A DNA stretch of 64,000 bases from an uncultured Actinomycetota bacterium (GTDB taxonomy: Bacteria; Actinomycetota; Actinomycetes; CAVWCF01), in NCBI GenBank assembly GCA_963753435.1, contig CAVWCF010000001.1, positions 256,001 through 320,000 on the forward strand, in the 5' to 3' direction. How positions within the stretch are numbered: position 1 is the first letter of the stretch; every line of letters starts with the position of its first letter. Shown here piece by piece: positions 22,391 through 32,369 of the stretch. The translations under genes were made by a program, and so were the position numbers. The notes under the pieces were generated by a model. It saw only the letters and a program-made list of their open reading frames with translations, ran no database searches and was not told the origin of the DNA.

Positions 22391-23215
22391 TCACGTGGCG
22401 GAGATCGCCCCGGTGGCGAGCAACAGCAGGATGAATGCGCCGAAGCCGACGCGGTAGATGACGAACGGCATGAAGGTGTGGGTTGCGATGAAGCGCAGGA
22501 ACCAGGCGATCACGGCATAGCCGACCGCGAAGGCGACAACCGCAGCCAGGATCGTCGGACCCCACGAGACCGAACTGGCCTCCGACAAGCGTGTCGCTTC
22601 GTAGAAGCCGCTGGCCAGCACCGCCGGAATCGCCAGTAGGAAGGAGTACCGGGTCGCCGCCTCCCGGGTGTACCCGAGGAACAGGCCCACAGTGATCGTG
22701 CCGCCGGAACGGGACACCCCCGGGATCAGTGCGCAGGCCTGACCAAGACCGAACAAGATCCCGTCACGCAGGTTGAGCTGGCGCAGCGGCTTGGCCTCGC
22801 GGCCGACGCGATCAGCCAGCCCGAGCAGTAGCCCGAAGGCGATGAGCATGACCGCGGTCAAGCGCAGGTCCCGGACCACCGTCTCGATCTGATCGGTGAA
22901 CGCCAGACCAAGGACCGCGATGGGGATCGTGCCGACGATCACGTACCAGCCCATCCGCGCGTCGATGCTGCCGCGCAGCGCGGGCCGCACTAGCGACTGT
23001 GCCCACGTCGTGATGATTCGCCACAGGTCCTTGCGGAAGTAGAGCAAGACGGCGGCCTCGGTGCCGATCTGAGTTACCGCGGTGAATGCGGCCCCGGGGT
23101 CGTCCCAGCCGAACAATTCCGAGAAGACCAGCAGGTGCGCGCTGGAGGAGATCGGCAGGAACTCGGTCAATCCCTGCAGCACCCCGAGGACGAGGGCCTC
23201 GAACCAGCCGATCAC
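22391..23215 (-). CDS. uppP: Undecaprenyl-diphosphate phosphatase
   Basis: QGLTEFLPISSSAHL, PGVSRSG. Confidence 0.96.
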   Translation of the reverse strand: MIGWFEALVLGVLQGLTEFLPISSSAHLLVFSELFGWDDPGAAFTAVTQIGTEAAVLLYFRKDLWRIITTWAQSLVRPALRGSIDARMGWYVIVGTIPIAVLGLAFTDQIETVVRDLRLTAVMLIAFGLLLGLADRVGREAKPLRQLNLRDGILFGLGQACALIPGVSRSGGTITVGLFLGYTREAATRYSFLLAIPAVLASGFYEATRLSEASSVSWGPTILAAVVAFAVGYAVIAWFLRFIATHTFMPFVIYRVGFGAFILLLLATGAISAT

Positions 23216-24249
23216 ATCCGATCCAGCAACTCAGCCATGGTGCGAACCGTGTCGAGCCGGGCCTCCCGCGTGGGTGCGTACGGAGCGATCGTCAGCGTGG
23301 TCACTCCGGCGTCGGCGTAGGCCGCGAGCCGGTCGCGGACCCGGTCCGGCGGGCCCAGCAGCGCGGTGCGGTCGACGAACTCCCAGGGCACTGCCGCTGC
23401 CGCGGCGGCGTAGTCCCGGGCCAGGTACGCATCCTGAACCTGCTCGGCCTCGGCCCCGTACCCCATGCTGACCGCGAGTCGGTTGTAGAAGTTCTGATCC
23501 CGCGAGCCCATCCCCCCGATGTACAGGGCCGCGTAGGCGCGCACGGCGGCGGCACATTCGACCGGATCCTCACCCAGCACCACCGGGACCGTAGGCACTA
23601 CGTCGAAGTCCGCCTCGGCGCGTGCGGATCGCGCCAATCCGGCGCGGATATGGGACATGAGCTCGCCGGAGTGCTCCGGCGCGAAGAACACTGCTAGCCA
23701 GCCGTCGGCGATCTCGCCGGCCAACTGGAGGTTCTTGGGGCCGACGGCCGCCAAGTAGATGGGTAGTTGCTCTCGGACCGGGTGCACCGTCAGCCGCAGG
23801 GCCTTTCCGGGGCCGTCCGGCAGCGGCAACTGAAAGTGTTTGCCGTCGTACTGCACCTTCTCCCGGGCCAGGGCCATGCGCACGATGTCCACGTATTCGC
23901 GGGTCCGCGACAAGGGCTTGTCGAAACGCACCCCGTGCCAGCCCTCAGAGACCTGCGGACCGGACACCCCCAGTCCCAACCGGAACCGGCCGCCGGACAA
24001 CGTGTCTAGCGTGGCTGCGGTCATGGCGGTGTTGGCCGGGGTGCGGCCGGGGATCTGAAAGACCGCGCTGCCGATGTCGACCCGTTCCGTCTGCGCGGCC
24101 ACCCACGCCAGCACGGTGGCGGCGTCGGATCCGTACGCCTCAGCCGCCCAGACGACGGAGTAGCCGAGCGAGTCGGCAGCGCGCGCCAACTCCAGGTTGT
24201 CGGCGTCGTTGCCCATCCCCCAGTACCCGAGGTTCAGCCCGAGTTCCAT
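23212..24249 (-). CDS. LLM-class F420-dependent oxidoreductase
   Basis: WAAEAYGSD, LGLGVSGPQVSEGWHG, GEIADGW; ATG 24249 after GGAGG. Confidence 0.9.
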   Translation of the reverse strand: MELGLNLGYWGMGNDADNLELARAADSLGYSVVWAAEAYGSDAATVLAWVAAQTERVDIGSAVFQIPGRTPANTAMTAATLDTLSGGRFRLGLGVSGPQVSEGWHGVRFDKPLSRTREYVDIVRMALAREKVQYDGKHFQLPLPDGPGKALRLTVHPVREQLPIYLAAVGPKNLQLAGEIADGWLAVFFAPEHSGELMSHIRAGLARSARAEADFDVVPTVPVVLGEDPVECAAAVRAYAALYIGGMGSRDQNFYNRLAVSMGYGAEAEQVQDAYLARDYAAAAAAVPWEFVDRTALLGPPDRVRDRLAAYADAGVTTLTIAPYAPTREARLDTVRTMAELLDRM

Positions 24250-24316
24250 CCATCCTCCGCAGGAGAAGAGTGTCGCCGCGACTGTAGCCGCGCCGACGTG
24301 ACTAGCCTCGTCAGTC

Positions 24317-25285
24317 ATGGATAGCCGCGTCGTGGGAGCAAGCGGCCTGCGCGTTTCACGCCTGGGGCTTGGCACTCTGACTTGGGGCCGGGACACCGAT
24401 GAACACGAGGCCGCAGAGCAACTGAGCACCTTCCTGGAGGCAGGCGGCTCCTTGATCGACACCGCAGCCGCATCCCCGGACGCGGAGGAGTTGCTGGGGC
24501 AACTGCTGACCGAGGTCGATCGCGACGAAGTGGTCATCGCCGGCAAGGCCGGCCTGCGCCGCACCGAAAGCGGCTTGACCACGGACACCTCCCGGCGCGG
24601 GCTGCTGGCGCAGTTGGACGCGTCAATGCGTCGACTGGGGACTGATCACGTGGACTTGTGGTCGGTGCACGCCTGGTCCGATGACGTTCCACTGGAAGAG
24701 GTGCTGGCCACACTGGAACAGGCCGTGTCCTCCGGGCGGGCCCGGTACGCGGGCGTGAGCAACTACGCCGGCTGGCAGACAGCGGCCGCTGCTGTTGGGG
24801 CCCAAGCGGGTGGTGTCCCGTTGGTTGCCACGTCCGTGGAGTACTCCTTGCTGGCTCGCGGAGTCGAACGCGAGGTCGTGCCGGCCTGTCTGACGCTGGG
24901 GCTCGGTGTGCTCGCGTGGTCACCGCTGGGGCGCGGGGTCCTTACCGGCAAGTACCGCCACGGGATCCCAGCGGACAGTCGCGGTGCCGCGCCGCACTTC
25001 TCTGCATTCGTGGAGCCGTATCTGGGGCCGACCTCCGGCCGGGTCGTGGCCGCGGTCTGCACCGCTGCCGAAGGCCTGGGGGTGGCGCCGTTGGAGGTGG
25101 CGCTGGCCTGGCTGCTTTCCCGACCCGCCGTCGCATCGGCCGTCGTCGGGGCCCGGACCGCCGCTCAGCTGAAGGGGATCATGGCGGCGGACTCACTCGA
25201 ATTGCCCGCGGAGATCCAGCAGGCGTTGGATGAGGTCTCCGAGCCGGCGATCGGCTACCCCGAGCGCGCACGTGGAGGGCGATGA
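24317..25285 (+). CDS. Aldo/keto reductase
   Basis: LGLGTLTWG, GVSNY, WSPLGRGVLTGKY. Confidence 0.9.
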   Translation: MDSRVVGASGLRVSRLGLGTLTWGRDTDEHEAAEQLSTFLEAGGSLIDTAAASPDAEELLGQLLTEVDRDEVVIAGKAGLRRTESGLTTDTSRRGLLAQLDASMRRLGTDHVDLWSVHAWSDDVPLEEVLATLEQAVSSGRARYAGVSNYAGWQTAAAAVGAQAGGVPLVATSVEYSLLARGVEREVVPACLTLGLGVLAWSPLGRGVLTGKYRHGIPADSRGAAPHFSAFVEPYLGPTSGRVVAAVCTAAEGLGVAPLEVALAWLLSRPAVASAVVGARTAAQLKGIMAADSLELPAEIQQALDEVSEPAIGYPERARGGR

Positions 25286-25467
25286 CGGAGTACGAGACGC
25301 GGCAACTCACCTTCGATAGATCAATTTCTCGGGGTGAGGCCCGCGCCGTGCTCACCGCCGAGGCGGAATACGGCCGCTGGGAACTCGCCCGCGTCCGGTT
25401 ATTTCCCGATGGGCGGCGGCGGGTGTGGCTGCGCCGACGGGTGATGCGGGTGGCGCGGACCCTCTAG
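25282..25467 (+). CDS. DUF5703-family small protein
   Basis: AEYGRWELARVRLFPDGRRRVWLRRR; ATGA overlap. Confidence 0.85.
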   Translation: MTEYETRQLTFDRSISRGEARAVLTAEAEYGRWELARVRLFPDGRRRVWLRRRVMRVARTL

Positions 25468-25515
25468 CGGCAGCGTGGGGAGAAGCAGCCGACCCGCCTT
25501 GCGGTCATGACCGAC

Positions 25516-26814
25516 CTAGGCCAGGTCCAGGAACCGGTCCAGCACCCTGGTGCCGAACTGCAGGGAATCGATCGGCACGCGCTCGTCGACGCCGTGGAAC
25601 ATGCCGGCGAAGTCCAGATCTGCGGGCAGGCGCAGTGGGGAGAAACCGAATCCGGTGATGCCCAGGCGGCTGAACGCCTTCAGGTCGGTGCCGCCGGACA
25701 GGCAGTACGGCGCAACTGCGGCGGTGGGGTCCTCTGCCAGCAGCGCAGCCGTCATGGCATCGACCAGGTCCCCGGTGAACGGCTGCTCGATCGCGATGTC
25801 GTGGTGAACGGTCTCCCGCCGCACTCGCTCACCGAGCAGCCGGTCGAGGTCGGCCAGCAGCTCGTCCTCGAATCCGGGCAGGAAGCGCGCGTCCAAGAGC
25901 GCGGTCGCCTCCCCCGGGATGACGTTCTGCTTGTAGCCGGCCTGCAGAACCGTTGGGTTGGCGGTGTTTCGCAGGGTTGCACCGATCAGGATCGCCAACG
26001 GGCCCAGGCGCTCGACGATGGCTTGGGGATCATCGGCCGGCAGGCCGAGCGCGTCCGCCAGCGTCTCCAGCAGCGCCGTCGTCGTCGCGGTCATGTGCAG
26101 GGGGAACTCATGACGACCGATCCTGGCCACCGCAGCGGCCAGTTCGGTAACCGCGTTCTGATCGTTGGTCATGGAGCCGTGTCCGGCGCGACCGTTCGCC
26201 ACCAACCGCAGCCAGGCGATCCCCTTCTGTGCGGACTCGATCAGGTAGATGCGCCGCTGGTTCACCGTCACCGAGAAGCCGCCCACCTCGCCGATGGCCT
26301 CGGTGGCCCCTTCGAACGCGTCGGGGTGGTTGTCGACCAGCCAGTGCGCTCCGTAGACGCCGCCAGCCTCCTCGTCGGCGGTGAAGGCCAGAACGATGTC
26401 GCGGGCCGGTGGCCTATCGCTGCGGAGTCTGGACCGGATCACCGCCAGCACCATCGCGTCCATGTCTTTCATGTCCACAGCGCCTCTACCCCAGATGCAG
26501 TCGGCGGCAATCTCCGCGCTGAACGGATCGTGGGTCCAGTCCGATGCATCAGCCGGCACCACATCAAGGTGGCCGTGGATCAGCAGTGCCGGGCGGCTGG
26601 GGTCGGCACCGGCGATGCGGGCCAGGACGGACGCGCGTCCGGGCGCGGATTCGATGATGCGGGGCTGCACCCCCACTTCGGCCAGGGATGCCGCGACGAA
26701 CTCGGCCGCCGCCCGCTCACCGGGACCACTGCTGTCGCCGTGGTTGACCGAAGGTATGCGGATCAATTCGCGGCACAGGCCGACTACGTCCTCGCTTGCG
26801 CTGGGAGTGCTCAC
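25516..26814 (-). CDS. M20-family metallo-hydrolase
   Basis: HGHLDVVP, GRGAVDMK, DEEAG, HGVDER; start 26814 or 26823. Confidence 0.92.
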   Translation of the reverse strand: MSTPSASEDVVGLCRELIRIPSVNHGDSSGPGERAAAEFVAASLAEVGVQPRIIESAPGRASVLARIAGADPSRPALLIHGHLDVVPADASDWTHDPFSAEIAADCIWGRGAVDMKDMDAMVLAVIRSRLRSDRPPARDIVLAFTADEEAGGVYGAHWLVDNHPDAFEGATEAIGEVGGFSVTVNQRRIYLIESAQKGIAWLRLVANGRAGHGSMTNDQNAVTELAAAVARIGRHEFPLHMTATTTALLETLADALGLPADDPQAIVERLGPLAILIGATLRNTANPTVLQAGYKQNVIPGEATALLDARFLPGFEDELLADLDRLLGERVRRETVHHDIAIEQPFTGDLVDAMTAALLAEDPTAAVAPYCLSGGTDLKAFSRLGITGFGFSPLRLPADLDFAGMFHGVDERVPIDSLQFGTRVLDRFLDLA

Positions 26815-26886
26815 GGCGGCCATTCTGCCGAACGTCGAACCGCCGACCCGCTGGTAACCTGCTCCACTGCCCGGCGCGCCGGGCAT

Positions 26887-26975
26887 GTCCGGGTGGCGGA
26901 ATTGGCAGACGCGCTAGCTTGAGGTGCTAGTGCCCGTATTAGGGCGTGGGGGTTCAAGTCCCCCCTCGGACACCA
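26887..26975 (+). tRNA. tRNA-Leu (anticodon GAG)
   Basis: GTCCGGG/CTCGGAC acceptor stem, CTAGC-TTGAGGT-GCTAG anticodon arm, long variable arm, GTTCAAGT T-loop, encoded CCA. Confidence 0.98.
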
Positions 26976-26989
26976 GAAAGTCAGGGGTC

Positions 26990-27658
26990 GTGGACGGATT
27001 CTGGCTGACTCCTCGACCGCTGCGCGTGGGGGCTTGGGTGATCGCGGCGGCCTTCGCTGTGCATTTGGTCAACGGTCTATTGGTCGAGCGCTTGGTCCTT
27101 GGCTTTGCCTCCTTTGCCGACTACGCCGACGTTGACCTACTTGCCGACGCGATTGGCTCGTTGCCTTGGCGCGCCAGTGCGACCGCTCATCTGGTCTCCG
27201 CTTTCGCCGTTCTCGCGCTGGCGGTAGCTCTGGCAGCGCGAGTGCGGGCCGCCAACCACTGGGCCTGGCCTCTGATCGTCGGCACTGGCATCGTGTCGGC
27301 CACGGGGTTCGCACTCAACGGAATCGCAGGCAACCTCGGGGCGCAGGTCCTCGATCTGCTGGTCTCGGGAAACTCCAGTGTCAATGCCGCCGACATCGTG
27401 GCCGGGTTCAGCATCGTGGTGCCGATCTTCAACGCCGTGGCGATCGTCATGTTCGGGGCCCTTGTCGCTCTGGTCAGTGGCTGGGCTCGAGCCTGTAGTT
27501 CACTCCCCCGGGCAACCGTCCTCCTGGGTTGGCTTACCGCTGCCTCATGTCTGGTGATGGCCTTCGTTTACGTGCCCGCCTACCTCTTGCTGGTCCCGGC
27601 CTGGTCGCTGGCTGTTGGCAGTGCCCCACGGCCCTTGACTGTCACGACGACGAAGTAG
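26990..27658 (+). CDS. Multi-pass membrane protein of unknown function
   Basis: About 6 hydrophobic segments; GTG after AGGGG, 14 nt past tRNA CCA. Confidence 0.7.
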   Translation: MDGFWLTPRPLRVGAWVIAAAFAVHLVNGLLVERLVLGFASFADYADVDLLADAIGSLPWRASATAHLVSAFAVLALAVALAARVRAANHWAWPLIVGTGIVSATGFALNGIAGNLGAQVLDLLVSGNSSVNAADIVAGFSIVVPIFNAVAIVMFGALVALVSGWARACSSLPRATVLLGWLTAASCLVMAFVYVPAYLLLVPAWSLAVGSAPRPLTVTTTK

Positions 27659-30233
27659 CGATTGGACTCACCCTTCGGGCGGCCCGCCAGCGTTTGTGCA
27701 AGGCGTCGGCAACGATGACCGCCGGGGCCGTCGCCAGCGCAATTACCCAACCGACGGGCGGCGGCCAGGCACCTCCGAAGAGCCGTTGTGCGGCCGGCCA
27801 GGCCAACAACGTGGCGGCCAGGATCGCCGAGACGCTGACTGACCAGGCCAGCAACGGGTTGCCGTGCCAACCGACTCGCCCCACCCAGCGCGCCTCACTA
27901 CGGCACGCGTAGGCATTTGCGATCTGTCCGGCTACGACGGCCGCGAAGGCAGCTCCCGAGGCCGCGGCCAGGGTCGCCGATGAAGGAGTTGCCCCCCAGA
28001 CCCAGCCGGCGGCCAGCAGCACGGAAGTCGCGGCCGTCAACTCCACTACCGCTTCGGTAGGGCCCAGTACCCCGAAGACACGGCGCAGGAGTTGCCCATC
28101 GATCAAACGTTTGGTCCGCATCGGGCCTTGCAGCGTGCGCGGGTTGGCCGGTTCCGCACCCAGCGCCACCGCCGGCAGCACGTCCGTTCCGATGTCCAGG
28201 GCGAGAACCTGCAGCACGCTCAGGACCAACGGGTACGACCCTCCGGACAGCGCCCACAGACCGAACGGAGCCAACTCGGCGACGTTGTCCGTCAGGTGGA
28301 ACGTGAGGAACCGGCGCATGTTCGCGAACGTGGCTCGGCCCAGCTCCACCGCTGCGACGATGGTTGCCACGTGGTCGTCCAGCAGCACCAGGTCTGCCGA
28401 TTCGCGTGCGACGTCAGTGCCCGACGCGCCCAGGGCGATGCCGATATCCGCTCGGGACAGAGCCGGGCCGTCGTTGACCCCGTCACCGGTCATGGCGACA
28501 ACGTGCCCACGTTCCTGCAGGGCCACAGCGATGCGCACCTTGTCTTCAGGGGTCGCTCTGGCAATGATCAGGCCGTCCCGGTCGATCATCTGCCCGATCG
28601 CAGCCGTGTTGGTCGGCAGTTGCGAGGCCACAATCGGCGGAACGTCGTCGCGAGCGAAGCCCACCTCCCTGCCAATCGCTGCCGCGGTGGCTGGGTGGTC
28701 GCCGGTGACCATCAGGAGTTGGATTCCGGCCCGTCGCAATTCAGCCAGGGCCGCAGCCGCGCCCTCTCGGGGCGGGTCCTCAAGGGCGACCACGCCGAGC
28801 AGGCGCAGGTCTGCTTCTACGGAATCGGCGTCGCTGCCGGAACAGTCGCTTGCGCGCGTCTCGCGCTCGGCCACGGCCAGTACCCGCAACCCCCGATCGG
28901 CAAAGGAGTGCGCGGCCGCATTCGCCGCGGCAAGGACGCTGCCGTCGTCGCGGCAAAGAGGCAGGACGCTGTCGATAGCTCCCTTGACGGCCACTCGGTC
29001 CGCGGTCACCACGGACATACGCCGGCGGCGGGGGTCGAACGGAAAGCGGCAGCGGACAGATGCGGCCATATCGGCGGTGGGGACTCCGGCGCGCAGGGCC
29101 AGGACATGGAGGGCCACTTCCATCGGATCGCCATGGGGGCGGTGTCCGTCGGCTTCGGAAATCAACCTCCCGGTCGATGCCAGCACACTGGCCAGTGCCG
29201 TGTCCTGAGCCAAATAGGTGTCGGCAAGCGGGAGCGGCGGGCTCGGTCGGTAGCCAGATGGCTCGATCTCTAGCGGGCCGTGCGGCGTCCACACCGCAAC
29301 AACTGACATCTGGTTGGTGGTCAGCGTGCCGGTCTTGTCGGTGCACAAGACCGTTGTCGAACCCAGCGTCTCCACGCTTTCGAGTGACCGGACCAGCGCC
29401 TGTCGGTCGGCCATTCGCTGTGCGCCACGGGCCAGCGACAGGGTCACCGTAGGAAGTAGTCCCTCCGGCACCAGGGCGACCGTGACGCCCACCGCCAAGA
29501 GAAAGCCGTCCCGGCCGGGCAGGCCCAGCAGCAGCGACAACGCGAAGAACCCAACTCCGGTCAAGACGGCAACTACCGCTATTGCCCGGACAACGCCGTG
29601 CAACTGCGTGGCAAGTGGTGACGGACGGCGCGAGCCTGCTTGGGAGAGGAGGGCGATGCCGGCTAGACGAGTTCGGCTGCCGATCGCGACAACTTCACCT
29701 TGGGCGTAGCCCTCGGTGACGAAGGTGCCGGCCCAGGCTGTCGCGTCGGCGACTGGATGCACGGATTTGGTCTCGCCGGTAAGCATCGATTCGTCGACCG
29801 TGAGCCCGTCGACAGTGACGAGACGTAGGTCGGCGCACACCCGGTCCCCGGACTCGAGGAGAACAAGATCGCCGACAACCAAGTCGACCGCGGAAATGGT
29901 GATGGGCTTGCCGTCGCGTACCACCGTGGCGCGTACTGGCAGTAGGTCTCGCAGCCGGGCGGCTGCTTGATCCGCGCGGTACTCCTGAACGAACGCGAAC
30001 ACACCGTTGATGACGATGATGACTGCGATGGCGATGGACAGTTCTGGCAGGCCCGCCAGTGCCGCCAGGACGACGGCCACCCACAGCATCACGGCGAAGA
30101 AGTGGGTGACCTGCGCGAGTAGCATCCAACCGGCAGCGGGCCTGGCCGCTTCCGGAATCTGGTTGGGTCCATCACGCCGCAGGGACGCCGCCGCTGCTGC
30201 CGACGTCAGCCCTGGTAGGGCCGTCGTGCTCAC
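27642..30233 (-). CDS. Cation-transporting P-type ATPase (type II)
   Basis: DESMLTGET, VPEGL, DKTGTLT, TGDH, GDGVND. Confidence 0.95.
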   Translation of the reverse strand: MSTTALPGLTSAAAAASLRRDGPNQIPEAARPAAGWMLLAQVTHFFAVMLWVAVVLAALAGLPELSIAIAVIIVINGVFAFVQEYRADQAAARLRDLLPVRATVVRDGKPITISAVDLVVGDLVLLESGDRVCADLRLVTVDGLTVDESMLTGETKSVHPVADATAWAGTFVTEGYAQGEVVAIGSRTRLAGIALLSQAGSRRPSPLATQLHGVVRAIAVVAVLTGVGFFALSLLLGLPGRDGFLLAVGVTVALVPEGLLPTVTLSLARGAQRMADRQALVRSLESVETLGSTTVLCTDKTGTLTTNQMSVVAVWTPHGPLEIEPSGYRPSPPLPLADTYLAQDTALASVLASTGRLISEADGHRPHGDPMEVALHVLALRAGVPTADMAASVRCRFPFDPRRRRMSVVTADRVAVKGAIDSVLPLCRDDGSVLAAANAAAHSFADRGLRVLAVAERETRASDCSGSDADSVEADLRLLGVVALEDPPREGAAAALAELRRAGIQLLMVTGDHPATAAAIGREVGFARDDVPPIVASQLPTNTAAIGQMIDRDGLIIARATPEDKVRIAVALQERGHVVAMTGDGVNDGPALSRADIGIALGASGTDVARESADLVLLDDHVATIVAAVELGRATFANMRRFLTFHLTDNVAELAPFGLWALSGGSYPLVLSVLQVLALDIGTDVLPAVALGAEPANPRTLQGPMRTKRLIDGQLLRRVFGVLGPTEAVVELTAATSVLLAAGWVWGATPSSATLAAASGAAFAAVVAGQIANAYACRSEARWVGRVGWHGNPLLAWSVSVSAILAATLLAWPAAQRLFGGAWPPPVGWVIALATAPAVIVADALHKRWRAARRVSPIATSSS

Positions 30234-30268
30234 GATCTGACAGTGGATCCAGCCAGCTGATATGGGTA

Positions 30269-30282
30269 CATCCGAAGGTCCC
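30269..30282. promoter_or_regulatory. DevR/DosR-type box (one perfect half-site)
   Basis: CATCC-GAAG-GTCCC centred at -42.5 of the predicted leaderless ATPase promoter (CACTGT 30245-30240, GTG = +1). Confidence 0.5.
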
Positions 30283-30369
30283 TGGCGAGATCACATCCGC
30301 CGGGTCGTCGAGGCCATCGGATCCTGTGGCGACTGCCGCATGCCTTTGCTGTGGCGACAGAATGAGCCA

Positions 30370-30675
30370 ATGACCCAGCACTTCGAGTTCGACGCGGAGC
30401 TGTTTGAGTGGGAAGGCAACGGCGCCTGGCATTTCGTCGCCGTACCGGCAGATGTGGCTGACGAAATCGAAGGTGCGGCCACAGTCAAGCGTGGCTTTGG
30501 CTCAGTGCCAGTTCGAGCAACGGTCGGCCACACGACCTGGGAGACGTCAGTGTTCCCGGACAAGGGTCGCGGTACGTACCTGCTCCCCGTGAAGAAGGCC
30601 GTGCGCGTCGCGGAGGACTGGCATGACGGAGCAACCACAACAGTCGTGCTGCAGATACGGGAACAACTGACCTGA
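30370..30675 (+). CDS. DUF1905-domain protein
   Basis: WHFVAVP, RGFGSVPV, WETSVFPD, YLLPVKKAVR. Confidence 0.88.
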   Translation: MTQHFEFDAELFEWEGNGAWHFVAVPADVADEIEGAATVKRGFGSVPVRATVGHTTWETSVFPDKGRGTYLLPVKKAVRVAEDWHDGATTTVVLQIREQLT

Positions 30676-30726
30676 GCCGACCCGGCTACTTCGGGCGCCC
30701 AAATGCCCTCGCCGGCCTACTCCGGC

Positions 30727-30933
30727 CTAGTCGGCTTCGTACTTGAACGACAGTTGCAGCTTCGTCCGGTAGGTGAGGCCGCCATCAGCGTTCACCTGGA
30801 TGTCTTGCTTGGTCACTTCGGCGATTCGTAGATCGCGTAGTGAACCGCCAGCCGTCTTGACCGCTTCAGCGGCCGCTTCCTCCCAGGACGAGCTGCTCGT
30901 CCCGATGACGTCGATGACGCGGTACACGCTCAT
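30727..30933 (-). CDS. Dodecin-family protein, atypical subgroup
   Basis: VYRVIDVIGTSSSSWEEAA...YRTKLQLSFKYE; GGAGG RBS. Confidence 0.85.
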   Translation of the reverse strand: MSVYRVIDVIGTSSSSWEEAAAEAVKTAGGSLRDLRIAEVTKQDIQVNADGGLTYRTKLQLSFKYEAD

Positions 30934-31011
30934 GAGTGCCTCCATGTGGTCGTAATCCGAGTGTGGACCAGAACCAGCCGGTCGTGTTCCGAAACGCCAG
31001 GATCCGCGGCT

Positions 31012-32322
31012 TCAGCCGCGGCCCGGTGGCTCGCGTCGGGTCGGCTCTCGGGTCGGCTCCGAGCGGGACTCCGCTTGCCGCTGCAACAGGTGGGTGCCTC
31101 GATCGACAATCAAGACAATGAGGGCCGCCGCCGCGAAGACGGCCACGGCGCCCGTTACCGATTCCAGTAGCTCGGGTGCGGCAATCAGCACGACGGCGAG
31201 AGTGATCATCACGGTCCCGCTGAGGAGTTTCAGGAGCCGTCCGTGTCTCTCCTGGACTCGAGCAGCCCGCAATGTGACCACCGCGAGTGTGAAGACGATC
31301 AGTTCATCAAGCAGGAACACGGCCATATACACGGCAAACAGGGCCGCTGCCGTCCCGAAAGAGACGTCGTTGGCCGCCAAGAGACTGGTCCACAACAGCG
31401 GCAGCCCCGCCGTGCAGGGCGTTTCCAGCAGCGAGACGCCGACAGCCAACACGGCCGTACCACCGAGCACGGCCGCCCAGGATCGGCCGGGTGCGGCCAC
31501 TGCGCGCATGCGCTGGTAGATCCCAGGTTTGCTGCTATCGGGGATGGACAAGGTCGGCCCCTCGTGGAGCCGGAAGTAATCCTTCACGTGGATGAGGCCG
31601 AAGAGCAGCGCGGTGGCCGCAACGACCAACCGGATCCACCCGATGCTGGAGACGAAGTCCAATGCGCTGTAGAGCCCGGTCATGTAGAGGCCGTACATGG
31701 CGGCCGTGACCACAAGGAAGACCACGCCAACGCCGAAGACGCGGCCGCGGCTACCGGAGTGCAGGACTATCGCCAGCAGGATTGAAAGCACCCACAAGGA
31801 ACATGGGTTGACGCCGTCAACGAATCCAATTAGCACGGTGCTGACCAGGAGCGACTGTTCGCCGACCTTGACATCGCCCACAATTGGTATGGACACAGCA
31901 GCCTCGGTCGTCGTCTCAGGAGAGCGACCCAGCTGCACAGCCGCGACGGTTGTGGCGATGTCGTCCGCTATGGAGTCGGAGAAGCCCACCCAGTAGCGGT
32001 CCTCCAGGAAGATGGTGGGAACTCCGGTCGCGCGGGTTCCGGCCGCCTCGGCCGTTTCGCGGAACAGTTCCGCGTTGGCCGAGTCCCTGTAGACCTCGTA
32101 TGCGTCGACCGTGACGTCAGGTTCTTCGACCTGAAGATCCGCCAAGTACTCCTTTGCCTTGGCGCAGTGCGGGCACCCTTCCCCCCAGAAGAGGGTGATC
32201 ACGACTTGGGTGTCCGTCGCGTCATCCGCCTGTGCGGGCCCCGGGAGTGCGACGGCAAGGCCCAAGGCTGCCCCGCCCAGGAGGCAGACCAACAGAAACC
32301 TGCGCAATCTCGGCCTGCGCAT
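31012..32322 (-). CDS. Exported thioredoxin-like domain fused to CcdA/DsbD-like TM domain
   Basis: Signal peptide, GCPHC, then DGVNPCSLW and ETPCTAG intramembrane Pro-Cys motifs. Confidence 0.8.
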   Translation of the reverse strand: MRRPRLRRFLLVCLLGGAALGLAVALPGPAQADDATDTQVVITLFWGEGCPHCAKAKEYLADLQVEEPDVTVDAYEVYRDSANAELFRETAEAAGTRATGVPTIFLEDRYWVGFSDSIADDIATTVAAVQLGRSPETTTEAAVSIPIVGDVKVGEQSLLVSTVLIGFVDGVNPCSLWVLSILLAIVLHSGSRGRVFGVGVVFLVVTAAMYGLYMTGLYSALDFVSSIGWIRLVVAATALLFGLIHVKDYFRLHEGPTLSIPDSSKPGIYQRMRAVAAPGRSWAAVLGGTAVLAVGVSLLETPCTAGLPLLWTSLLAANDVSFGTAAALFAVYMAVFLLDELIVFTLAVVTLRAARVQERHGRLLKLLSGTVMITLAVVLIAAPELLESVTGAVAVFAAAALIVLIVDRGTHLLQRQAESRSEPTREPTRREPPGRG

Positions 32323-32369
32323 ACCTACACGATGCGCTCCCGCAGTCGCGCCAAGTAGGGGCTATGGAC

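Noticed and set aside
26867-26886. Palindrome TGCCCGGCGCGCCGGGCA before the tRNA
   Set aside because: Most simply a pre-tRNA leader hairpin; single copy.
25507-26922. 471-aa antisense ORF (similar cases: 446-1366, 19399-20433, 36321-37808, 45604-46845)
   Set aside because: Mirrors of genuine genes, expected from high GC3; no motifs.
26924-26989. ORF start inside the tRNA
   Set aside because: Overlaps tRNA-Leu; GTG 26990 is the plausible start.
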